From a virus, in IMG/VR virus record IMGVR_UViG_3300042890_006166, positions 62,670 to 126,669 of that record: a DNA stretch of 64,000 nucleotides, one strand, 5' to 3'. Below, piece by piece: positions 26,331-36,990 of this stretch. The notes beneath the pieces were generated by a model. It saw only the letters and a list, made by a program, of their open reading frames with translations. It searched no databases and was not told the origin of the DNA. Both the position numbers and the translations under genes were made by a program. Each line of letters starts with the position of its first letter. Positions within the stretch are counted from its first letter, which is position 1.

Positions 26331-28061
26331 ATGGCCACTAATATTTTCCAGAAAAATAATATTCTGATCCGGGGTCTGTTAAATGACACCTACAATTTTC
26401 TTCAAAGAACCTACAATCAAACCAGAAATGTGTTTACTGTGGCTTCTGCCTGGGGACAAATTTTATTTGTCTTGGAAAATATTTCCCAGCTAATTTTGTA
26501 TTTTATTGAAGACTCAATCACAGAATTAAACATCTATCAGGCCAGCAGGGATTATTCCATTAAAAGCTTGGCCAGAATAGCAGGTTATGATCCTGCCAGA
26601 GGTATGGCTGCTCAAGGAGAAATTGCTGTTACCTGGAATTTGAGAGAGTCTGATGTGGGCGGGGGAGCCATAATTTTGTCCGGTAGACCTAAAATTCAGT
26701 GTGAACAAAATGGGTTGATTTATACTTTGCTTCTGAATGGACCTTCAGTTAAAGTTCCTTTGAATCGAGGAGCAACATTCAATTTTAAAATGGTTCAAGG
26801 TGCTTTTCAAACATCCACCTTCACTGGAACAGGAGCTGCTTTACAAAGTTACAATGTTGTTTCAAAATCCGGTACTCTGATTGATCAATTTTATGTTGAC
26901 ATTTCCGTTAACGACGTTCCATGGAAAATGTATTTTTCTCTTTATGATATTCCATTAAACGGCAAAGGATATTTGGTTAAATCTGGAATTTCTGAGGGAA
27001 TTGATATTTATTTCGGAAACGGAAATTTCGGTCAACCCCCTTTGAGAGGAACTATTATAAAAGCCGAATATCTCCAAACCAATGGGTTCAGCGGCAATAT
27101 TGCTTCAAGAAAGGATCTTCAGTTGACCTATAGGTTTATGGATACTGGTACAGATTTATTTGGAAAAGAAGTTAATTTAAATAATTACCTTACAATTTTA
27201 GGAGTACTTGATCCTTCCTTCGGAAGTGATCCAGAACCAATTGAGCTAACCCGTCTGGTCGCTCCTAAAACTTCTCGTGCTTTCGTGTTTGCAAATTCCG
27301 AAAATTATGAAATCTATCTACAGAGATTTAATATTTTTTCACAAATTCAGGCATTTTCAACTTTTGGTGATGACGTTCTAGATGATGATAATGTTGTGTA
27401 TCTTTTTCTGGTACCGGATGTAACAATCAACATTCTAAGTGGGCAAGATTACTTTGATGTTCCTGCAGAAAGTTTTGTTCTAACTACCGCTCAAAAGCTT
27501 TCAATTTTAAATTTAATAGAAGATTCTGGCCAGATGATTGCCACGACAGTTGTAAAGATTTTAGATCCTGAAATTCAAAACTTCGTTGGAAATTTGGTTT
27601 TGTCTATTTTTGAAGGTTATGATCCTGAAATAATTAAGGATAAGGCAAGAACTTCTATATCGGAATATTTTATTAATTTGAAGAGAAGAGATAAAATTCC
27701 CAAATCTGATATTATCGCCATTGTTGAGGCTATTGATGGTGTGGATTCCGTTTCTTTTTATTTCGTTGGACAAGCAAATGAAGAATATCACAAAACGGTA
27801 GACAATCTACCTAACGCCAGTGCTGAACAAAAGAATAGACAAATTGGTTTAAATTCTTTTGGAGATATTGTAATTAACTCCGATGAATTAGTTTTAATTC
27901 GAGGAGGATGGTCAGATCGTTATGGTACCTTTTATGAAGTAGGTATTGTTCCAGGCAAACCTTCGGCATTGAACATTGATATTTCTTCAATCGTTCCGAA
28001 AAATTTGTCAGCACAATTGAATTCTGAACAAAGAGCAAGAATTATAGCCCAAAATCAATAG
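26331..28061 (+). CDS. gp6: baseplate wedge protein, T4 gp6/baseplate J-like
   Basis: 'IYQASRDYSIKSLARIAGYDP', 'GSDPEPIELTRLVAP...RA.V.A..Y' and 'KSDIIAIVEAIDGVDSV' patterns; synteny after gp25. Confidence 0.8.
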   Translation: MATNIFQKNNILIRGLLNDTYNFLQRTYNQTRNVFTVASAWGQILFVLENISQLILYFIEDSITELNIYQASRDYSIKSLARIAGYDPARGMAAQGEIAVTWNLRESDVGGGAIILSGRPKIQCEQNGLIYTLLLNGPSVKVPLNRGATFNFKMVQGAFQTSTFTGTGAALQSYNVVSKSGTLIDQFYVDISVNDVPWKMYFSLYDIPLNGKGYLVKSGISEGIDIYFGNGNFGQPPLRGTIIKAEYLQTNGFSGNIASRKDLQLTYRFMDTGTDLFGKEVNLNNYLTILGVLDPSFGSDPEPIELTRLVAPKTSRAFVFANSENYEIYLQRFNIFSQIQAFSTFGDDVLDDDNVVYLFLVPDVTINILSGQDYFDVPAESFVLTTAQKLSILNLIEDSGQMIATTVVKILDPEIQNFVGNLVLSIFEGYDPEIIKDKARTSISEYFINLKRRDKIPKSDIIAIVEAIDGVDSVSFYFVGQANEEYHKTVDNLPNASAEQKNRQIGLNSFGDIVINSDELVLIRGGWSDRYGTFYEVGIVPGKPSALNIDISSIVPKNLSAQLNSEQRARIIAQNQ

Positions 28062-28063
28062 AT

Positions 28064-28594
28064 ATGGCACAAGATTTTAATCCAAATTTTCCACAAAACA
28101 CCGTTAACTCTTACACTATGAGCGGTGTTAAATTCAATTCAACAACACCTTCTTTCGAAACAAGTTCAGATTTGTATTTAACAGTTGAGCAAGCTCAAAT
28201 CCGATCTTATAACTTAGGATGTTCTGGTTATAGAACTGCTATCACCAATTCTGTAGGTCAAATACAATACGCTCCGTGTTCTAATTTTTCAACATATCAA
28301 ACTATCATGAGGCAGATGACACCTTCAAATACACAAAGGAGATGGTACGCTTTCGATCCAAAAGAAAACATCGACGATATAAGAGATTCTATTAATGACT
28401 TTGGGTATGAAGGATTTGAATATAAGAACCAAATTTTCGAAAGGACTATGTCCAATCTTTTATTTAGAGACCCAACAAAAAACTTCATTTTAGAACATTA
28501 TCAAAGGGTTGTTTATGCTCTCATTGAAAGTGTAAAGCAAATTCGAAACTACTTTAATTACACAGTTCCTTTTAACAACAGAAGAGTTTTTTAA
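28064..28594 (+). CDS. hypothetical baseplate-associated protein with a DUF3721-like two-Cys motif
   Basis: 'LYLTVEQAQIRSYNLGCSGY....YAPC' motif; lies between gp6-like and gp7-like genes. Confidence 0.6.
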   Translation: MAQDFNPNFPQNTVNSYTMSGVKFNSTTPSFETSSDLYLTVEQAQIRSYNLGCSGYRTAITNSVGQIQYAPCSNFSTYQTIMRQMTPSNTQRRWYAFDPKENIDDIRDSINDFGYEGFEYKNQIFERTMSNLLFRDPTKNFILEHYQRVVYALIESVKQIRNYFNYTVPFNNRRVF

Positions 28595-28597
28595 TTT

Positions 28598-31500
28598 ATG
28601 ACAGGTCTAGATCTTAAATTTTTCAACAAAAGAGGAGATCCTCTCAATTTCGAATATGTCGGACCAACTGCTTCTGGTCCATTAACTGCAACGTTTAATT
28701 ATTTATCTGATCCTACAACCACTACACCCACTAGTGGATTCATGTCTTTATTAGATTTAAGTTCGAATACAATTTATCTAAGTGACACTGATCAAAGCGG
28801 TTTTTCTATTGTTCCTTGGTTTAATTCTATTGTTACTGCTTTAACGGAAGGAACAAAGGTAATGTTGACCTTCACGTACTATCCTGCACAAACTTTAGTT
28901 TGTGTTATTTCTGCTGCTACTATATCTAGTGGAGTTGTTACTCTAACATCTGCACAAATTTTGGGGTCACCCTTTATATCTTCAGGAACACCAGTTACCT
29001 GTGATACAAAATATGAAAATCTATCTGGAGGTTACTACAGAGGTTCTATTTTCTTCGATGAAGTATCTGCTGGATTGTATGAGAATGAACAGTTGTTTAT
29101 CGTTCAGCAGTTCAAGGATACTTCTACTTCTAATTTATTTTTGGGTTTCCCTCACACTGGAGCTACTGGTTCCGCCAATTCCCCTTTTTGGAGAACCAGA
29201 TGGGAAAATTCAACCTATGGAGATGTTGATGTTTCTAATATTATTTTTACATACCAAATTGTTGAAAATGACCCAGATATAGATGGTTTGCCATCAATTT
29301 TGAATTTTCAAAATTTGGCCGTCCCCATTATACAAAATTCAGGTGATGTTTATTCTGGAGGTTACATTCAAACACCAGAGTCTGGGACTCCATCGAAAGC
29401 TTTACAAATTAATATTGGACTGAATTCCGGAGATGTTGCTTCAAACATCTACGAAAGAAAATTGGTGATAGAAGACATTACATACGGTATAGAATCTCCT
29501 TATAAAATTGCAGAAATTTTATTTTATGGAGAGATTATCGGGGAAGATTCTAGGTTAGATGTATTAACTCAAAATTTAGGTCGCGCTTTTTTTGGAACAG
29601 ATTCTGTTATTTTAAAGAACCATGATCCAAATGAAATTCTACCAAACTACGTTGAAATCAACGAAAAAAGAAAAGAATTAATGGTTGCAGGGGAGGAGAT
29701 TTTTCCCTACATTGGAAGTTATAAAGGACTTATTGGAGCCCTGAAATTCTTTGGGTATCAAGATCTTCGCATCAAAGAATATTGGCTGAATTTGAATTTT
29801 AACAAGGTGAAATTGCAGCCTTTGCAACAGAATCAGGAATTTTTGGATAATTACGGTAACACATTGTTTCCAAACCAACAATCCATGATAGCCGATGTTT
29901 TGGATAATCCTAATACCGGAAAATATCGTCTTATACAAACTTATGGACCCAACGATGATGGAGAATATGTATTAGATATTTCAGGGGAAGAAACTCTAGT
30001 TCCAAGCAGGACATACAAGAAAACTGCTTTATTTGGATTGTACTATGATATAGTTAGAGCAAACGATGAATTAGACCCTTATGGATATCCAATCACGCAG
30101 GAAACCTTTTCATTCACTCAAGAAGAAGTTTTGTTGAAATTGTTTGCTTTGATGCAAAGACTAAAACAATCTTATCTTCCTCTAAATGCTAGAATCGTAG
30201 ATATTACCGGGGAAGGAGTTTATTTTAACATTTACAACACAAAAGAATGGACAGATTTTCTGGACAGAAGCGACATTGAATCCGGAAATAATGTAGACTT
30301 CATTGCAAATCCGGATTTTGGTTTTATTGAAGATCTCAGAGCCTTTGGCATAAGGCAGGATCCATATGGAATTCAAGCTCCAATGAACTACAACGATGTG
30401 ATCGACATTAATGTTACGGTAGCAGGACCTTCTGGCAACGTATTTCGATTCTCTGATGCAACTGGAACATCAACCTCTTTGTTCCAAGCTTCTGGTAACA
30501 ACCCCACTTTGAATTTGAATTTAGGAAAAACCTACAATTTCAACTTGATAACTCCTGGTTATGATTTTTATTTGACTACTCAATCTAATTTGTCACAGAT
30601 AGATCCTTTAGGGGTTGAAAACAATGGAGCAAGCGGAGGAACGGTTTCGCTAGAAGTAAATCCACAGGAACAAACGAACCTATACTATTATTCGTCAGTC
30701 AATACTTCTTTACTGAATGGCCAAATTATACTAAGTCCTTCTCCTATCTCGGATTTTGGTAATACTGTTGCCCCTTTAACAAACAATCAAAATTACACCG
30801 GACAGCAAAACTCGGCGATGCAAACTGCAATTGCTAATTTTTACTACTTCAAAGAAAACGGACAGCTTCAATTTTTAGGTGATTCAAGTCAGGATCCTAT
30901 TCAATTTGTAGATCCAAGTACTGGACAATTATATGTTAATCCAATCGGAATGCCTTTGATTTTGGAGTTGGCGGTGGACAGGTGGGTTTGGGATGAAATG
31001 GGTCAGTCTTGGAATTCTTTGAATTTGCCAACTTTCACAACTCAACCTACAGCCCTCACCTGGGACACAATTGATTTTTCTGCCTACAACGAAATTGAGT
31101 GGATCATCCAAAAATCCTCCACGCAACCAGGAACCGGATATTTTTATTCTTTCAGAGGTAACATTTTAGATTTTAATAAACTAGCCCATTTTTTACCATT
31201 TACTGGACAATATGATGTTACGTGTCTTCTTTATGACTCTTTCAATTTTGTTAACCGTAAAATTAAAAAAACAGCAGTAACGGTTTCACCAAAAGAAATA
31301 ACTCTGGATGCATGGACACGTTACAGAGAAAATGAACTGTACATCTGGGAACAAACGATTAGAGATTGGGATTCTTATCAATCTATTTGGGAATACCCTG
31401 CAGAGGGTAAGACTGAAAATGAAGTTGCAAAAGAAATTCCCCCTGAAATTCTCAATTTTGCTGTTTATGGTAACAACGGTAATCAAGTACAAAATTTGCA

Positions 31501-32626
31501 AGTGTTTGCCTCAACCCCCGCGGTTGGTGCTTCTGGAAATTTTACAATAAGCCAAAATGTTCTAACCGTAACTAAAGCTTATTCTCTTTTAATTACCGGT
31601 TCTCAGTTTGGATTTTTGAACATTTTTACTTCAGTTCCACACAACTACGTTTCGGGTCAAGGTGTTTATCTAGGTGGTTTCATGCCCGAAATAAACTCCA
31701 ATTGGAATATTATTATTCCATCAGGTTCAACTGGATATTCTTTTCAAATCCCTTATATTTTGGGACCAACTGCAGGAGTTGGTTTAACGGGTGGACCTGG
31801 TTCTATAGCCGGAGCAACCGCATACTTTGTTGATCCTTCTGTGTGGAACAGTCAGACGGTTACTGGAAGCGGGAATATATCGGTATCCATTAATAATCGT
31901 GTCGTGGGGGCTACATCTTCTGGATCCAATTTGCAAGCAACTGTGAATTCTATCGTTCAGCAAATAAATTCGGTTGTAACTCAGCCAGACTACTTTGCAC
32001 AGACTTTTAACCCAACATCCATCCCAGCAGTTGTAAACCTAGTGTCTGACGTTGATTCTGGAAATATAGGAAATGGAGATTCTTTGAGTGTTTCTGTTAC
32101 CGGATCACTTCAGGTCGTTTCCGTTGATCCTTTTCTTTCTGGTGGTATAACTGGTTCTTCTTCTTTTGTAGAATGGAGTCCATTATCAGGAGAATTCCCA
32201 GTTGAATCTTTGAAGTATTACGGAACGAAAAATTTGAACTGGAACACTTTCAACCAGTCAACTTGGGATGAGGCATACGCCCACGGATGGTACGATTTAG
32301 AATATCAAAATGGTTGGCTTGGCGGATTTGAGATTCATTCTATGCAACTTGGTGACAATGTTAAAATTAGTACCGGCAATGAGACTTTTCCGTTTCCTGT
32401 TGGTGTTACTTTTTCTGGTCCTAGTCCGCTTACTTTAAATGAAGTGGCAAACCAATTGAATTCATCAGAAGACACTCACATTACAAATTTCTACTATAGG
32501 GTAATTCCTTCTTCTTCCGGAAATGAATCTCCAACAACTGGACCCACACAAACACAATTTACCTCTTTCCCTGTGTTAGTGGTAACTTCTCCAACTCCGC
32601 CAACAGTACTTACTCCTTGCTCGTAG
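28598..32626 (+). CDS. large baseplate wedge protein, gp7/P2 gpI-like, with accessory beta-domains
   Basis: 'FPYIGSYKGLIGALKFFGY' resembles the gpI/gp7 'Y..KGT..G...L..FGY' core; follows gp6; PKD-like segment 'GQYDVTCLLYD'. Confidence 0.55.
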   Translation: MTGLDLKFFNKRGDPLNFEYVGPTASGPLTATFNYLSDPTTTTPTSGFMSLLDLSSNTIYLSDTDQSGFSIVPWFNSIVTALTEGTKVMLTFTYYPAQTLVCVISAATISSGVVTLTSAQILGSPFISSGTPVTCDTKYENLSGGYYRGSIFFDEVSAGLYENEQLFIVQQFKDTSTSNLFLGFPHTGATGSANSPFWRTRWENSTYGDVDVSNIIFTYQIVENDPDIDGLPSILNFQNLAVPIIQNSGDVYSGGYIQTPESGTPSKALQINIGLNSGDVASNIYERKLVIEDITYGIESPYKIAEILFYGEIIGEDSRLDVLTQNLGRAFFGTDSVILKNHDPNEILPNYVEINEKRKELMVAGEEIFPYIGSYKGLIGALKFFGYQDLRIKEYWLNLNFNKVKLQPLQQNQEFLDNYGNTLFPNQQSMIADVLDNPNTGKYRLIQTYGPNDDGEYVLDISGEETLVPSRTYKKTALFGLYYDIVRANDELDPYGYPITQETFSFTQEEVLLKLFALMQRLKQSYLPLNARIVDITGEGVYFNIYNTKEWTDFLDRSDIESGNNVDFIANPDFGFIEDLRAFGIRQDPYGIQAPMNYNDVIDINVTVAGPSGNVFRFSDATGTSTSLFQASGNNPTLNLNLGKTYNFNLITPGYDFYLTTQSNLSQIDPLGVENNGASGGTVSLEVNPQEQTNLYYYSSVNTSLLNGQIILSPSPISDFGNTVAPLTNNQNYTGQQNSAMQTAIANFYYFKENGQLQFLGDSSQDPIQFVDPSTGQLYVNPIGMPLILELAVDRWVWDEMGQSWNSLNLPTFTTQPTALTWDTIDFSAYNEIEWIIQKSSTQPGTGYFYSFRGNILDFNKLAHFLPFTGQYDVTCLLYDSFNFVNRKIKKTAVTVSPKEITLDAWTRYRENELYIWEQTIRDWDSYQSIWEYPAEGKTENEVAKEIPPEILNFAVYGNNGNQVQNLQVFASTPAVGASGNFTISQNVLTVTKAYSLLITGSQFGFLNIFTSVPHNYVSGQGVYLGGFMPEINSNWNIIIPSGSTGYSFQIPYILGPTAGVGLTGGPGSIAGATAYFVDPSVWNSQTVTGSGNISVSINNRVVGATSSGSNLQATVNSIVQQINSVVTQPDYFAQTFNPTSIPAVVNLVSDVDSGNIGNGDSLSVSVTGSLQVVSVDPFLSGGITGSSSFVEWSPLSGEFPVESLKYYGTKNLNWNTFNQSTWDEAYAHGWYDLEYQNGWLGGFEIHSMQLGDNVKISTGNETFPFPVGVTFSGPSPLTLNEVANQLNSSEDTHITNFYYRVIPSSSGNESPTTGPTQTQFTSFPVLVVTSPTPPTVLTPCS

Positions 32627-32632
32627 AATTAA

Positions 32633-32640
32633 GATAAATA
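32633..32640 (+). promoter_or_regulatory. putative late promoter variant GATAAATA
   Basis: Intergenic, 24 nt before ATG 32665; one change from GATATATA and close to T4 TATAAATA. Confidence 0.5.
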
Positions 32641-32664
32641 AAGAAAAATTCCAAATAAAATAAA

Positions 32665-35600
32665 ATGCCAGTTAGAATTACAGGAAATCAAACGAGTGTT
32701 TGCGATTTGTGGGCTGGGACCACCATAATTTGGGCTCAGGAACCAACTTTCAATGGAATTACTGGTGGAACACAAATATCGGAAGACGAGCAAGGACTCT
32801 CTGTATTTAATGGCGGAAATTCCGATTGGGCTTTTAAAGAATATCCAGGAGTAACTGGCGATAAAACAATCATAATTAATATCAGTACCGTTGGTATTGT
32901 AAATCAAGATCCGATAGATTGTTCTGCTCCAGAACCACCTACACCATCTCCATCATTAAGTCCAACACCAACTCCAACTCTAACTTCAACACCTACGCAA
33001 ACCCCTACCCCCACAACTACTCAAACTTCAACTCCTACAACCACATCCACTAATACACCTACTCAAACTTCAACTCCTACAACCACATCCACTAATACAC
33101 CTACTCAAACTTCAACTCCTACAACCACATCCACTAATACACCTACTCAAACTTCAACTCCTACAACCACACCCACTAATACACCTACGCAAACTCCAAC
33201 TCCTACTTCTTCAGCAACACCTACGCAAACTCCAACTCCTACAACCACACCCACTAATACACCTACGCAAACTCCAACTCCTACTTCTTCAGCAACACCT
33301 ACGCAAACTCCAACCCCTTCATCCACTCCATTTGCAGATCCAACTGTTTTATTTGCAGGAGTTTATACACCCAACGAATCTGTTTGGTGTGTTGGAAGGA
33401 ATTTAACTGTTTTCAGTGATGGTGTTTGGTCAGTTTATGATTCATCAAATTCGGCTGTTCCATCCAATTCACCTTGGTACCTAGATACAAGGTCAATTTC
33501 GATTGATACCAACGACACCAAATGGGTTGGATGTGCAGTTTCATCTGCTACATCACAGGTATTAATATTTTCCGTAGAAGGACCCAATGCTGCTACCGGT
33601 TCTTCTTGGAATTTGAGTGAATTTAATTTAGGATCCCCGAATTGGGAGGTTCCTTTAATTTATGCAAGTCCATTTGGTCAAGAAATTTTAGCAGTAATTT
33701 CTCCCTTGAACGGAGGAGTTCCAACTGGAGCTACGTGCAATCCTGGTCCAACTGGAGGATATCTTTGGAAATATAACAAGATAACAGAAAAATGGCAAGA
33801 GGTTTCTCCTGGATATGTTTGGCCAACAATTCATGACATCAAGGCGAAGGGAGAGGGTGGTACAGATTGGTCTTATTATATTGCAACGGACGAGGGGCTT
33901 CAAATTATCAACTCTGGAACTTTAATACCTCAAAATTTGCAGGACGGGACTATCTACCTGCCTGAATTGAAAAAAATCAGTAAATTCAACTCCTCGTTAA
34001 ATTCAGAAAGGGTCTATTCTGTAGATTTTGACGAGAATGGTAATTACTGGTTGGGAACAGAAGATGGATTAACATATTGGGATGGCCAAAAGTTTTACAA
34101 TTGGGCAGTTCCAGTTGTCTTGCCTGTGACCAAGGTTGTTTCAGTACCCTATGGACACGTGTTTTTCCGATGTGGGAATCCACAATCGAATCCGCCAACT
34201 ACCAATGGATTCTATCATTTCAATGGGGTTAATTTTACACACTATGATTCTTCAAATTCTGGATTACCATCGGATATTGTTGTAGATTTTGATGTGGCAA
34301 CGACTAAATCAATTGAAAATTCAATTACCACTTATCCCTACAATCTTTGGATCATTTCAGGAAACAATATTGTTTTATTCGATTATGTATTACCTCACGT
34401 GTATGCTTCCAGTAATTTCGAAGGAACCACTGGATGGAATTTTTTAAGCTACACCCCTTCACCTACTGGGGCAACCTCAAGTCAAGTACTTCTGCCTAAA
34501 GTTCAGAAGTACAATTGGGTTTATCCTTCTTGGCAAGGATATGATAATGCAGACTTGGCCCTAAACCATCCTGGAATGGATCCTAGAAATTTATTTTTGA
34601 CTACAAATTTTAAATCTATAGCCAATGGAGAAGCAGGAAACCAAAACTATTGGAACTGGGGTCAAACCACAACTTATGAGCAGCAAATCCAAGCACAAGA
34701 AATTCCAGATTATTCTTGGATGATTGGAATTACATCCTCTCCTTCTACATCACAAACAGTTGTGGTTACATCAACCACTAGATATGGAAATTTGAATGTT
34801 TTAGGTGGATATTCTAACGAACAATTTATAAACTTTGGTCCATCTAGCAACACTGAAGAATCATACATATTTGAAAATCCAAATTTTTCTGGAGCAACTG
34901 GGGAAGTTGGATTTTTAACTTTTTACACCGATAAAGGACAGGTTCAGGGAGTTATACCTTTCCGCGGAGGAAGAACTAGAATTTTGGATGTCAAACCTTC
35001 ATTCGATGGAAACTCGTTGATCGTAGCTGGGAAATTCACTTCTTATTTGGAAGCAGGAGAATTTGTTTGGAATACAAGATTCCCAAATGCTGCTGATTTG
35101 ACCATAACTGGTGTTACCGGACCTACTGGAGGTCCAATTGGATTCTCGAATTTGTCAACACCTGGAATAACTGGAAGTTTTGATTATCCATGGATTTTGA
35201 ATGGACCTACCTCTGGAACCGGTGCGTACATTCCAGATCCAGGTTTGCTTTACGATGAACCAGCCTATTTTATAGCAGAAGTTGATTTCGATCTGGGGGA
35301 TCAATGCAGTTATGGGGGAATTGATTTTGCCACCCAGTCTTTACAGTCTAGATTCAATTTGAAAAAATTTAGATATTTCCCTGCAATTGATTCTGCGAAT
35401 AACCCCATATCCGGTCCTACTGGTTTTTACCCTATTGGTATAGGAGTAAGCGGAGGAACGGAATTATCCATCTCGCAAAATTCAATTCGTCTCATGAGCA
35501 ATTTCATTGGAGGATATTCCACATTGAAAAATGATTATTCGAACGAAGGAGATTTGCCTGTTTCACCTGAATTTATTTTTAGTCCAATTCAAAATAACAC

Positions 35601-36990
35601 ATATTTACCAAGTGCATTTGTATTGGAAATGAATTCAGAATTTTCTTTGATTAATGCAAAAGTAATAGGAATGACGGGAGCTGGTTCTTTTGCTGATTCT
35701 CTTGTTAGTCTTCCCAACTCCCAAACTTTTCTAACCTCTGGAACATCCACCCATGATGTTAATTTTGGTGGAATTACCATTTCTCATCCATCCGGAGCAA
35801 CTGGATTTTCTTATCCTTGGGTTTTGCTTTCTAATTCAAATTTTGAAGGAATAACTGGTGCATTTGTACGTAACTATCAAATAAATAATTCTAACTATCA
35901 CACAGGTTGGCACAAAACAATTAGAGCTTTTAATAGCACATCGACCTACTACACCGCTTTCTTGTTTACAGGAGATGCTCTTATAGAAGGCGGAGGAACT
36001 AACGAAATTGTATCTGGGGTTTCTGGAGCACTTCAGGGTGGGATCTTATCCATTTCACCAGGAGGAAAAATTCAATCTGAATCAAATTTCGAAATTCTTC
36101 CTTCTTCTTACGAAGATGTTTATGTTACAAGAATTACAGAAGTTCAGGGATTAAGAGGAAATGGTGATTATTATCTTTCGGTGAATTATCCTTTACAACC
36201 TGGAGTAACAGGAAGCGGAAATTTAATTCAAAAAAGAAACATATCTGGAACATTTATCGATTCTTTTTCCACCTTTGAACCTGGGCAAACCGGAACACAA
36301 AATGAATTATTTTTCACAGTTTCTCCTGATTTGAATATTTTCATAACAGGAACAAATCAAGGTTTGACTGGCCCGACGGGTTTACCATATCCCTCTTCTA
36401 ATTTTTCACCGTTCGTTTCTTTCCTTGAAAGCTATAAACCCCCATTGGGAGTAGACGAAGGAAATATCATATCCCGTGCGGGATCGGGAGCGTGGACTTG
36501 GGTAGATGTTCACAATTCGGACAACAGTCTTTATGTTCCAATGTTATCCACAGTTTTCTTTTCTAATTATGCCTCTGAAATTTTTGGAAAACAAAACAAC
36601 CGATGGATTCTAAGCAATGCCAGAACTGGGGAGGTAATTTTAGATGTTAAATTTACACCATATTTTATTTACACATTTACAGAGTCAGATTATTATACCA
36701 TACAAAATACTGTCGAGGATTCGGCTGGAAATGTTTACCAAGTTTCAAAACCTGCCTTTGTGTCTGTGGTTAATCAATCTATACCAAGAGCCAATGATCC
36801 CAACCCATTGCTCGTTAATTCTGCAGACTACGGATACGTTGCTCCTGGTAGAGACTTCGAATCCCAATATGCAGATTTAGACAGACAAATTTTAGAAGAC
36901 CAAATTATAATTAGATCTCAGAATGTTTCAAATTATGGGTCTGGTCTTAAATTAACAGACGATCCAAATTCGACTTTTATAGGAAACTAA
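32665..36990 (+). CDS. large virion protein with Pro/Thr-rich linker, Reg_prop-type beta-propellers and C-terminal PKD-like domain
   Basis: 'YDSSNSAVPSN...SISID.NDTKWVG', 'ERVYSVDFDENGNYWLGTEDGL' and 'THYDSSNSGLPSDIV' two-component-regulator propeller blades. Confidence 0.7.
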   Translation: MPVRITGNQTSVCDLWAGTTIIWAQEPTFNGITGGTQISEDEQGLSVFNGGNSDWAFKEYPGVTGDKTIIINISTVGIVNQDPIDCSAPEPPTPSPSLSPTPTPTLTSTPTQTPTPTTTQTSTPTTTSTNTPTQTSTPTTTSTNTPTQTSTPTTTSTNTPTQTSTPTTTPTNTPTQTPTPTSSATPTQTPTPTTTPTNTPTQTPTPTSSATPTQTPTPSSTPFADPTVLFAGVYTPNESVWCVGRNLTVFSDGVWSVYDSSNSAVPSNSPWYLDTRSISIDTNDTKWVGCAVSSATSQVLIFSVEGPNAATGSSWNLSEFNLGSPNWEVPLIYASPFGQEILAVISPLNGGVPTGATCNPGPTGGYLWKYNKITEKWQEVSPGYVWPTIHDIKAKGEGGTDWSYYIATDEGLQIINSGTLIPQNLQDGTIYLPELKKISKFNSSLNSERVYSVDFDENGNYWLGTEDGLTYWDGQKFYNWAVPVVLPVTKVVSVPYGHVFFRCGNPQSNPPTTNGFYHFNGVNFTHYDSSNSGLPSDIVVDFDVATTKSIENSITTYPYNLWIISGNNIVLFDYVLPHVYASSNFEGTTGWNFLSYTPSPTGATSSQVLLPKVQKYNWVYPSWQGYDNADLALNHPGMDPRNLFLTTNFKSIANGEAGNQNYWNWGQTTTYEQQIQAQEIPDYSWMIGITSSPSTSQTVVVTSTTRYGNLNVLGGYSNEQFINFGPSSNTEESYIFENPNFSGATGEVGFLTFYTDKGQVQGVIPFRGGRTRILDVKPSFDGNSLIVAGKFTSYLEAGEFVWNTRFPNAADLTITGVTGPTGGPIGFSNLSTPGITGSFDYPWILNGPTSGTGAYIPDPGLLYDEPAYFIAEVDFDLGDQCSYGGIDFATQSLQSRFNLKKFRYFPAIDSANNPISGPTGFYPIGIGVSGGTELSISQNSIRLMSNFIGGYSTLKNDYSNEGDLPVSPEFIFSPIQNNTYLPSAFVLEMNSEFSLINAKVIGMTGAGSFADSLVSLPNSQTFLTSGTSTHDVNFGGITISHPSGATGFSYPWVLLSNSNFEGITGAFVRNYQINNSNYHTGWHKTIRAFNSTSTYYTAFLFTGDALIEGGGTNEIVSGVSGALQGGILSISPGGKIQSESNFEILPSSYEDVYVTRITEVQGLRGNGDYYLSVNYPLQPGVTGSGNLIQKRNISGTFIDSFSTFEPGQTGTQNELFFTVSPDLNIFITGTNQGLTGPTGLPYPSSNFSPFVSFLESYKPPLGVDEGNIISRAGSGAWTWVDVHNSDNSLYVPMLSTVFFSNYASEIFGKQNNRWILSNARTGEVILDVKFTPYFIYTFTESDYYTIQNTVEDSAGNVYQVSKPAFVSVVNQSIPRANDPNPLLVNSADYGYVAPGRDFESQYADLDRQILEDQIIIRSQNVSNYGSGLKLTDDPNSTFIGN
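32935..33330 (+). repeat. coding Pro/Thr/Ser-rich repeat (42-nt unit TQTSTPTTTSTNTP)
   Basis: Three identical 42-nt copies at 33019, 33061 and 33103, a near-identical fourth at 33145, then a further duplicated block. Confidence 0.95.

Noticed and set aside
11295-32626. Bacterial extracellular contractile injection system or T6SS locus
   Set aside because: Shares baseplate genes, but a gp13 neck gene, phoH, a homing endonuclease, putative head cargo and late promoters indicate a phage.
32629-32907. 92-aa minus-strand ORF, and the many other short antisense or nested ORFs in the track
   Set aside because: They overlap longer, motif-bearing genes, show atypical composition and have no promoter or leader support.
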